A DNA stretch of 64,000 nt from Deltaproteobacteria bacterium. GTDB lineage: Bacteria; Desulfobacterota; Binatia; UTPRO1. Positions 56,746 to 64,000 of this stretch are shown here, piece by piece. A program made the position numbers and the translations under genes. The first letter of the stretch is position 1. Every line of letters starts with the position of its first letter. Under the pieces are notes generated by a model. It searched no databases. It was given only the letters and a program-made list of their open reading frames with translations, and had not been told where the DNA came from. Location: contig JAJCZP010000168.1 of NCBI GenBank assembly GCA_029262315.1, positions 10,825-74,824 of the forward strand, given 5' to 3'.

Positions 56746-58773
56746 GTGCGCTGCGCAAAGGGGCTACTGGTGGAACCGATCTCACCCGCACTGCAAGGCA
56801 CGAACGAAAACGATACACCCGCGAGCGGAGCCACCCGCCCGTCGGTCACGCTAGCCGCCACGGACTCGCCGTCGAGCGAGCCCGCGGTCGACACTCGTCC
56901 GGTCGAGCAGATCCTGGTCGAGCAAGGCCTGCTCACGTCGAAGCAGGTCGACAAAGCGCTCAGGATCCAGAGCCGACTCGAAGAACAAAAGCCCCTCGCG
57001 GCACTGGTCGTAGAACTCGGATGGGTCTCACGGAACGCCATCGAGTGCGCGCTGAAGTCGCACCGGAGGCAGCTGCCCATCGAGGAGATCCTTCTCGAAA
57101 AGGGCGCCGTCACCGGCGACGAACTCGAGCACGCCCGCGAGCATGCGCGCAAGAACCCGGGCCACACGGTCGTGCAATCGCTGATCGAGATGAACTTCGT
57201 CGCCGAGCGAGAGTATCTCAGCGCGTGCTGCGAGCGCTACGATCTCCCGTTCGTCGAAGCCGACGCGAATCTCGTCGACCGACGCCTCTTGAAGAAGGCG
57301 AGCGTCCAGTACCTCACGCGCCACCGGATTCTCCCCCTGACGACGGACGACGCCGGCCAGATCACCGTCCTGGTGGACGACCCGGAACAGCCGGATCTGG
57401 TCGTCGAGATGAGCCGTCTGTTTGGGGGCCCGGTCACCCTGGCTCTCTCGACACGTGCCGGGATTGAAGAAGCCCTCGCCGCGCTCGCCGGCTCCCGCCC
57501 CGAGTCGGGTGCCGTGCCCCACGGCTCGATTCAGTACCACAAGATCCAAGAGGATCTGGATACCGAGAAGACCACCAGCATCGTCGACCACATCTTCCTC
57601 AAGGCGATTCGGCAGGGCGCGAGCGACATCCACCTCGAACCGATGGCGTCGAAGATGCGCGTACGTTTTCGCATCGACGGCAGCCTCGTGCACGTTACCG
57701 ACTACCCGAGCGCCTACGCGGGACCCATCATCTCGCGCATGAAGGTGCTCGCGCAGGCCGACGTCGCCCAACACCGGATTCACCAGGACGGCCGCATCTA
57801 CGTCCGCGACGGCAGCGAGGAAATCGACTGCCGCGCCTCATTTTACGTGACCGTCTTCGGGGAAAACTGCGTCATCCGCGTCCTGCGGAAAGACCAGGCG
57901 CTCGTCGGCCTCGAGTCACTCGGACTCCCGCCACCCGTCCTGCGGACCTTCATCGACGATGTCGTCGAGCCCACGACGGGTATCGTACTCGTCTGCGGCC
58001 CCACCGGGAGCGGCAAGACGACGACGCTCTATTCGACGGTGGACAGGCTGAACGACAACTCCCGGAAAATCATCACCTGCGAGGATCCCGTCGAGTACGT
58101 CATTCAGGGCATCACGCAGTGCTCCGTGCAGAACCGCCCTGGCATCAACTTCGTCGACTCCCTCAAAGCGATCGTGCGCCAGGACCCGGACATCATCCTC
58201 ATTGGGGAGGTCCGGGACGCCGCCTCGGCCGAAATGGCCATCCAATCGGCACTCACCGGCCACAAGGTTCTGTCGACGTTCCACACCGAGGATTCGGTCG
58301 GCGCGCTGGTGCGTCTGCTCGACATGGGCATCGAAGCCTTTCTCCTCGCGTCAACGATCACCGCCATCATGAGCCAGCGCCTCGTCCGCCGGCAATGCAA
58401 GGAGTGCAAGGTCCCCTACACGCCGACACCTCGCGAGGTACGAGCGCTCTCCCTCGCTCGCGCCGAACTCGAGGGCGTCAAACTCACCCGCGGGAAAGGC
58501 TGTGAACGATGCCTGCATACGGGGTACCGCGGCCGCACCGGTTTGTACGAGCTCCTGGTACTCACCGACGATATCCGCGACGGCATCATTCAACGCCTGC
58601 CGTCCCATGAACTACGCACCATGGCTGCCAAAGCGCCGAGCTTCGTTCACCTCCAAGAGGACGGCGTCTTGAAGACCATTCAGGGAGAAACCACCTTCGC
58701 GGAGGTTCTCGACAACACGCCTCGCGTTCAGGACGTACGCCCGGTTCGCGAGCTCATGGAGATGTATGGATAA
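56746..58773 (+). CDS. GspE/PilB-family secretion ATPase with tandem N-terminal MshEN/GSPII_E_N-like domains
   Basis: Walker A GPTGSGKTT. Asp box, Walker B DPDIILIGEVRD, His box. Tetracysteine C..C...C..C (CKECKV...CERCLHTGY). Two N-terminal T2SSE_N-like repeats (LLTSKQVDKALRIQ..., LLEKGAVTGDELEHA...). Confidence 0.85.
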   Translation: MRCAKGLLVEPISPALQGTNENDTPASGATRPSVTLAATDSPSSEPAVDTRPVEQILVEQGLLTSKQVDKALRIQSRLEEQKPLAALVVELGWVSRNAIECALKSHRRQLPIEEILLEKGAVTGDELEHAREHARKNPGHTVVQSLIEMNFVAEREYLSACCERYDLPFVEADANLVDRRLLKKASVQYLTRHRILPLTTDDAGQITVLVDDPEQPDLVVEMSRLFGGPVTLALSTRAGIEEALAALAGSRPESGAVPHGSIQYHKIQEDLDTEKTTSIVDHIFLKAIRQGASDIHLEPMASKMRVRFRIDGSLVHVTDYPSAYAGPIISRMKVLAQADVAQHRIHQDGRIYVRDGSEEIDCRASFYVTVFGENCVIRVLRKDQALVGLESLGLPPPVLRTFIDDVVEPTTGIVLVCGPTGSGKTTTLYSTVDRLNDNSRKIITCEDPVEYVIQGITQCSVQNRPGINFVDSLKAIVRQDPDIILIGEVRDAASAEMAIQSALTGHKVLSTFHTEDSVGALVRLLDMGIEAFLLASTITAIMSQRLVRRQCKECKVPYTPTPREVRALSLARAELEGVKLTRGKGCERCLHTGYRGRTGLYELLVLTDDIRDGIIQRLPSHELRTMAAKAPSFVHLQEDGVLKTIQGETTFAEVLDNTPRVQDVRPVRELMEMYG

Positions 58774-59644
58774 CCTAGTCCCGGAAAGCACCCCCACAGA
58801 CGCAACACGCCAAGGCGAGATCACCCTGGTCGGCGTCATCGAGGCCGAAATCCTGGCCGGCAATGTCGAGCTCCCGCCATTGCCGAAGATCGCACTCAAA
58901 GTGCGCGAGCTGATCAACAACGATGGAGACCTCAAAGACATTGCGGCTCTCATTGAACAGGATCCGGGATACGCAGCCGCCATCCTGCGGTACGCGAACT
59001 CGGTAGCGTTCGCCGGGCTGAAGCAGGTCGCCGATCTCTCTACCGCGACGCAACGCCTCGGCCTGAAGGCGGTGGAACAGACCGTGCTCGCCCTCTCCGC
59101 ACAGGAAGCGTTCACGAGCGACAACCCCGAGGAGGAGCGCATCCTCAGCCAGCTGTGGGACCACTCGCTGGCGACAGCCCTGGGGGCGCGTCGTCTCACC
59201 ATCAAGGGCGTGAGTCCGGAGCTCGCCTTCCTCGCGGGCCTCCTCCACGACGTCGGTAAGGTAATCGTCCTGCGTTGCGCGAGTGACCTTCGCAAGCAGA
59301 ATCCGGAGCGCTTCAACTTCTCCGATCTCGTGCTCCGCGAGTTCCTCGACGAGCTCCACTGCAGGATCGGCGATCAGTTTCTGGAGAGCTGGAACATCCC
59401 CGCGGAAGTGCGTGACGCCGTCCGCCGACACCACGACACCGAGTTTGGCGCCGACGATCTCCTCCCGGCCATCGTGTCATGCGCGGACCTGGTGGCGAGC
59501 AAGCTCGGGGTGAGCCTGCACCCGAACCCGGACGCACATCTCCTCGAGTGCCCCGCCGCCGAGATTCTGCATCTCGACGACGTGAAGGTCGCGAATCTCT
59601 TGATCGACGTCGAGGACGACCTCGAGAATTTCAAGGGGGCGTAG
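58766..59644 (+). CDS. HDOD domain protein
   Basis: LPPLPKIALKVRELINNDGDLKDIAALIEQDPGYAAAILRYANS...LLHDVGK is the HDOD signature. Its ATG overlaps the GspE stop by 8 nt. Confidence 0.8.
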   Translation: MDNLVPESTPTDATRQGEITLVGVIEAEILAGNVELPPLPKIALKVRELINNDGDLKDIAALIEQDPGYAAAILRYANSVAFAGLKQVADLSTATQRLGLKAVEQTVLALSAQEAFTSDNPEEERILSQLWDHSLATALGARRLTIKGVSPELAFLAGLLHDVGKVIVLRCASDLRKQNPERFNFSDLVLREFLDELHCRIGDQFLESWNIPAEVRDAVRRHHDTEFGADDLLPAIVSCADLVASKLGVSLHPNPDAHLLECPAAEILHLDDVKVANLLIDVEDDLENFKGA

Positions 59645-60689
59645 GCTCGCCGGACGTCTGCAGGGCGGCCCGAACGGCGGCGAGCGGCGCCTCCGGCGCC
59701 GTCTTCGCCGCCGCCTCGATGCGGTCGAGCGCCGGGCGCAGGCCACCGGCGTCCTGCCAGAGTTGCTCGAAGACATCGAGCTCGCTGGCATACATCCGAT
59801 AGTGAAGGACGAGCGCGTTGTCGAGCCGCCTGTCCGTGAAGCCCGTGTAGCGCTTCCCCTCGAAGGGTAGCGCTTCAAACTCCGCACGGGCCTCCGCGAA
59901 CACCGCCTCGCGAGCGACCAGGATGTGCGCCGTATCGGTTCCGGCGTAGAGGGCCTCGAGCCGAGCGACGAGGCCGCGCATGAACGTCGCGAAGCGCCGT
60001 GCGTCGGCCCACCGCGCCTCGGCTTCTCGCAGCAGTGTGGCATCCCCGCCACGAGTGGCGAAAAACTCGAGGGCGCCCCGGTGTCCGACGAAACTCGCCA
60101 CCGACTCGTTGAAGACGCTCGCCCCGGCGCCCTTCAGGAAGAACGTACGATGGTACGTCTCGTGGAGCACCAGGTCGACGAGAAAAACGTCGTCGCTCTC
60201 GAGCAGATGGCGGAGCAACGGATCGTCGAACCATCCGAGGGTGCTGAACGCGGCCGCTGGCCGCACCAGCGTATCGTAGCCTTCGGCCTCGATACGCCCC
60301 GCCTCTTGCTTCGCGCGCTCGCGATCGAAGAATCCCTTGTAGGGGAGATGGCCGACGATCGGGAACCACCACACGTAGGGCTCGAGCGCGGTCCGTTTCG
60401 CGGCCGTGACGACGAAGACCGTATCCTCTGCATCGACGTACGAGAGACTCCCGAAGCTACCGCCGACGTCCAGCCCAAGGTCCGTGGCAAAGGCCCGTAC
60501 CTCCTCGACCAGCACGATTTTTCGACGCCAGTCCGGATCGAGATCGTCGCGAGCCAATACCGCGGCGAACGGCTCACGTCGCCAGAGGATCTTGGCCTCG
60601 CCGTACGCGGCCTGCAGGACATAGAGCGGGGAGCAGCCCGCGAGCAGGCCGGCCAGCGCCACAAGGACCCAGCGCTGCGGACCCGTCAC
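59631..60689 (-). CDS. predicted zinc aminopeptidase lipoprotein (HExxH; Aminopep/DUF2265-like)
   Basis: Lipobox LLAGCS. VLHETYH is an HExxH zinc motif. Pattern matches the 'predicted aminopeptidase' family. Its start overlaps the upstream ABC gene stop. Confidence 0.6.
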   Translation of the reverse strand: MTGPQRWVLVALAGLLAGCSPLYVLQAAYGEAKILWRREPFAAVLARDDLDPDWRRKIVLVEEVRAFATDLGLDVGGSFGSLSYVDAEDTVFVVTAAKRTALEPYVWWFPIVGHLPYKGFFDRERAKQEAGRIEAEGYDTLVRPAAAFSTLGWFDDPLLRHLLESDDVFLVDLVLHETYHRTFFLKGAGASVFNESVASFVGHRGALEFFATRGGDATLLREAEARWADARRFATFMRGLVARLEALYAGTDTAHILVAREAVFAEARAEFEALPFEGKRYTGFTDRRLDNALVLHYRMYASELDVFEQLWQDAGGLRPALDRIEAAAKTAPEAPLAAVRAALQTSGEPTPP

Positions 60690-62509
60690 GACGTCACGGG
60701 CGCAACGGCAACAGGCGCCTTCGCCGGAACGTGGTACTGCAACTCGTAGAGGCGGCGATAGATCCCACGCACCTCGAGGAGCTCTTGATGGGTTCCGATC
60801 TCGCGAATCTCACCGTGGTGGAGCACGACGATCCGATCCGCGTGCTCGATCGTGGACAGCCGGTGCGCGATCACGACAGAGGTTCTGTCGGCCATCAAGG
60901 TCACGAGCGCGTCCTGAATGAGATTCTCCGTCTCGGTATCGACGCTCGAGGTTGCCTCGTCGAGCACGAGAATTTTCGGATCGTACGCCAGCGCCCGCGC
61001 GAAGGCGAGGAGTTGCCGCTGCCCGGTCGAGAGATTGGACCCGCGCTCGCGGAGTCGATGGTGCAACCCACCAGGAAGGGCGGCGATGAACGGCCACGCG
61101 TTCACCCGTCGCGCCGCCTCTTCCATGACCGCCGGCGAGATCTCATCGTTGCCGAGAGAGATATTGCTCGCGATGTCTCCGCTGAAGAGGTAGACGTCCT
61201 GCAGCACGACCCCGATCCGCCGCCGGAGGGCCGCGAGTTCCCACTCACGCACGTCGACGCCATCCACCCGGATCGTACCGCGATTGACGTCGTAGAAACG
61301 AGACAGCAGCTTGATGAGACTCGTCTTGCCGGAGCCCGTCGCCCCGACGATGGCGATCTTCTCGCCCGGCGCGACCCGAAAGGACACGTCGCGGAGCACG
61401 TAGTCGTCGTCCTTGTAGGCGAACCAGACGCCGTCGAACTCAATCGCCCCCGCAGCCGTCGGCTCGGGACTGGGCACGGCAGGTGAGACAATCGCCGGCT
61501 CGGTGTCGAGCAACTGGAAGATACGTTCCGCGGATGCCATCGCTGATTGCATCACCGCATACTTCGTACTGAAGTCACGAATCGGAATGAAGAACCGCTG
61601 CAGGTACTCGATGAACGCGACCAGGGTCCCAAGCGCCAACACACCGGAGGCGATGCCGCCCGCCGCCCACCAAATCATCAATGCGGCCGAGATACTGGCC
61701 AGCGACTCGACCATGGAAAAGAGCGCGGCCTCATAGATGTTCGACCAGTGATTGGCGCGGCGATGCTGATCGTTCAAGGCGCGGAACTCGTCGAGGCTTC
61801 GGGCCTCGCGCACGAAGAGTTGGATGACGAGCATCCCCGACAGCGCCTCCTGGAGATAGGAGTTCAACCGGGCCAACGCCTCACGAATGGCCCGATAGGT
61901 GTGCCGAGCGGCGATCCTAAAGTAGTTGATCGCGAGCAGGAGCACCGGCATCGTCGCCAGGGCGACGAGCGCAAGCTTGAAATCGAGGCTCAGCATGATC
62001 GCAACGATGCCGGCCATCGTGATGACGTCCATGAAGATCGTCATTGCCCCGGCCGAAAACATCTCGTTCATGACATCGACGTCCGACGTCAGTCGGGTAA
62101 CCAGGCGGCCGATGGGATTGCGATCGAAATAGCTGAGCGGCAAGCGCTGGATGTGCGCGAACACGCGCACCCGGAGGTCGGCGAGGCTGCGCTGCGCCAC
62201 CAGCATGGTGCAGTAGTACTGGGCGTAGAAGAAGCAGCACTCCCCGATGATCGCCGCGAGGTAGACCATCCCCATGAGGGCCAAGCCGTCCGCATCGCCG
62301 GTCGCGACGTGACGATCGATGGCCAATTTCAAGATGTAGGGCTGGGTCAACATCAACGCCGAGCTGATCGGCAGCAACAAGATCGAGAGCGCGAAGAGCC
62401 CCCGATAGGGGCGCACGAAGCCCCACAAACGACGCGCCAAGCGCGCGTCGTACGCTTTCCCGAGGGCGTCTTCCTGTTGATGTTCGACGACGTCGCCCGC
62501 GTTGCTCAT
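60686..62509 (-). CDS. ABC transporter ATP-binding/permease protein (MsbA-like exporter half-transporter)
   Basis: Six-helix TMD plus NBD: GATGSGKTS, LSTGQRQLLAFARAL, ILVLDEATSSVD, AHRLST. Confidence 0.9.
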   Translation of the reverse strand: MSNAGDVVEHQQEDALGKAYDARLARRLWGFVRPYRGLFALSILLLPISSALMLTQPYILKLAIDRHVATGDADGLALMGMVYLAAIIGECCFFYAQYYCTMLVAQRSLADLRVRVFAHIQRLPLSYFDRNPIGRLVTRLTSDVDVMNEMFSAGAMTIFMDVITMAGIVAIMLSLDFKLALVALATMPVLLLAINYFRIAARHTYRAIREALARLNSYLQEALSGMLVIQLFVREARSLDEFRALNDQHRRANHWSNIYEAALFSMVESLASISAALMIWWAAGGIASGVLALGTLVAFIEYLQRFFIPIRDFSTKYAVMQSAMASAERIFQLLDTEPAIVSPAVPSPEPTAAGAIEFDGVWFAYKDDDYVLRDVSFRVAPGEKIAIVGATGSGKTSLIKLLSRFYDVNRGTIRVDGVDVREWELAALRRRIGVVLQDVYLFSGDIASNISLGNDEISPAVMEEAARRVNAWPFIAALPGGLHHRLRERGSNLSTGQRQLLAFARALAYDPKILVLDEATSSVDTETENLIQDALVTLMADRTSVVIAHRLSTIEHADRIVVLHHGEIREIGTHQELLEVRGIYRRLYELQYHVPAKAPVAVAPVTS

Positions 62510-64000
62510 AGCGCTTCCAACTCCTCGGTGAGACGCTGGCGCTGGTAGAGATCGGCGTAGAATCCGTCACGGTCCAAGAGCGCAGCGTGATTCCCCACCT
62601 CGATGATGCGTCCCTCGTCGACGACGAGAATGAGGTCCGCCTCCATGACTGTCGAGATACGATGCGCGATGAGGATACTGGTGCGCTCGTGCATCATCCC
62701 CCGCAGGCGCCCGAGAATACGACGCTCGGTCTCCGTATCGACGCTCGACAACGCGTCATCGAGGATGAGAATGGTCGGATCGACGATCAGGGCCCGCGCG
62801 AGCGTGACGCGCTGCTTCTGCCCCCCCGAGAGGGTGATCCCGCGTTCGCCGACGATGGTGTCGTAGCCACGCAACAACTCGTCGAGGTCGCGATCGAGCC
62901 CCGCCGTCTCCGCCGCGCGCTTGATCGCCTCCTCATCCGCGCCGGGCGCGCCAAAACGGATGTTCTCGCGCACCGTGCGCGAGAACAGGAAAGGATCCTG
63001 CGGTACGAAGCCGATACTCCGGCGCAGCACTCCGACCGGAATCTCGCGGAGATCGCGCCCATCGATCGTGATGACCCCGGCGGTGGGATCGTAGAGCCGC
63101 GGAATGAGATCGACGATGCTGGTCTTCCCAGAGCCGGTGCGCCCCACGATGCCCAGCGTGCCACCCGCCGGCAATGTGAAGCTGATGTCCGACAGCACAC
63201 GCGCACCGTTGGTTGCACCATCATAGCCGAAGTCGACCCGATGAAACGCGATCTCTCCTGTGAGCCCGGTGCCATTGGTGACGGCCCGACGATCGTCAAT
63301 GGCGGGCTCGACGGCGAAGACCGCCTCGAGTCTGATGAGCGCCGCCCGGCCGCGCTGCACGATCGACAACATCCACCCGAGCGCCATCGTGGGCCACGCC
63401 AGCAAGTGCAAGTAGCCAATGAACGCGACGAGGTCGCCCAGACTGATCGCACCGGAAATGACCCGAAGACCGCCATACCAGAGAACGACGAGCGTCCCGA
63501 ACGAGCTGACACCGCGCATCACCGGCATGATGGTACCGCGCACACGCGCGAGCCCCATGTTCTGCTCCGAGAAGTCGTGATTCATCGCACGAAACGTCTC
63601 GATCTCTGCCGACTCCCGCGCGTAGGCCTGCAACACATGGATCCCAGAGAGACTCTCCTGAACGCGGCTACTCATGGCCGCAAGCCCCTCCTGCACCTTG
63701 AGCGTGCGCTCCATCAGCTCGCGACTCGAGCGCTTCACGAAGGCGAGCGCGAGCGGGTACGTCAAGAGCGATGCGATGGTCAACCGCCAGTCGATCGACA
63801 CCATGATCGACACGCCGTAGATGTAGTAGATGGGCGTATTGATCATGTTGAGAAGCCCGATCCCCAGCAGCAGGCGCACGGCGGTGATGTCGTTCACGAG
63901 TCGCGACATCAAGTCGCCGGTCTGCTGCCCCTGGTAGTAGGCAAGCGGCAGACGTTCGAGGTGTGAGAAGAGGTCGTTCCGGAGGTCGAACTCGATGTCG
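62506..64000 (-). CDS. ABC transporter ATP-binding/permease protein (MsbA-like); 5' end beyond window
   Basis: TMD plus NBD: GRTGSGKTS, LSGGQKQRVTLARAL, ILILDDALSSVD, AHRIST. The in-frame coding sequence continues upstream of 63912 to the window edge (...DIEFDLRNDLFSHLERLPLAYYQGQQTGDLMS). Its stop overlaps the start of the downstream partner, suggesting a heterodimeric exporter. Confidence 0.9.
   Translation of the reverse strand, partial: DIEFDLRNDLFSHLERLPLAYYQGQQTGDLMSRLVNDITAVRLLLGIGLLNMINTPIYYIYGVSIMVSIDWRLTIASLLTYPLALAFVKRSSRELMERTLKVQEGLAAMSSRVQESLSGIHVLQAYARESAEIETFRAMNHDFSEQNMGLARVRGTIMPVMRGVSSFGTLVVLWYGGLRVISGAISLGDLVAFIGYLHLLAWPTMALGWMLSIVQRGRAALIRLEAVFAVEPAIDDRRAVTNGTGLTGEIAFHRVDFGYDGATNGARVLSDISFTLPAGGTLGIVGRTGSGKTSIVDLIPRLYDPTAGVITIDGRDLREIPVGVLRRSIGFVPQDPFLFSRTVRENIRFGAPGADEEAIKRAAETAGLDRDLDELLRGYDTIVGERGITLSGGQKQRVTLARALIVDPTILILDDALSSVDTETERRILGRLRGMMHERTSILIAHRISTVMEADLILVVDEGRIIEVGNHAALLDRDGFYADLYQRQRLTEELEAL

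Noticed and set aside
59925-63966. plus-strand ORFs of 274, 251, 333 and 459 aa
   Set aside because: They are antisense to the aminopeptidase-like and the two MsbA-like ABC genes, whose ABC signatures are unambiguous.

Overview
This is a high-GC (roughly 68-70% by eye) bacterial chromosomal segment. Several signatures are reminiscent of Myxococcota or other delta-proteobacteria-like lineages: a PSCyt1-like domain, a DUF1800/DUF1501 pair, Cys-rich secreted proteins and many lipoproteins. This taxonomic impression is soft.

The first ~8.5 kb is an accessory/mobile region:
- A partial alpha/beta hydrolase gene at the window start.
- A truncated sigma-54 activator remnant.
- A frameshifted large serine recombinase.
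- An excisionase-like HTH gene and a zf-CGNR-like hypothetical gene translationally coupled to a tyrosine integrase.
- A class-1 OLD-family nuclease, with the ABC-ATPase and TOPRIM domains split by a single in-frame TGA.
- tRNA-Ser(TGA), a plausible integration target.

Next comes a divergent accessory cluster:
- A secreted sulfatase with a duplicated Cys/Lys-rich C-terminal module.
- An octaheme c-type cytochrome lipoprotein with a TPR tail.
- A secreted protein with a PSCyt1-like domain carrying a CX4CH motif.
- A DUF1800 gene and a Tat-exported DUF1501 gene.

The remainder is mostly core genome:
- Translation and RNA genes: serS, gatCAB, rpoH, rpoZ, trmL, tlyA.
- Envelope and cell-wall genes: argJ, secA, murI, engB, ctpA, and an lgt gene fused to a TlpA-like thioredoxin.
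- xseA-xseB-ispA.
- Interspersed SDR, esterase, MaoC, NUDIX, radical-SAM (SPL-like), GT2, TPP-enzyme and CinA-like genes.
- A transglutaminase-like gene plus an ABC-exporter module.
- An orphan GspE-type ATPase overlapping an HDOD gene.
- A tandem heterodimeric MsbA-like ABC exporter pair running off the window end.

Two short perfect tandem duplications sit exactly on gene boundaries: 28 bp x3 at the secA-stop/argJ-start junction, and 24 bp x2 at the murI 3' end. No CRISPR array and no rRNA were seen.
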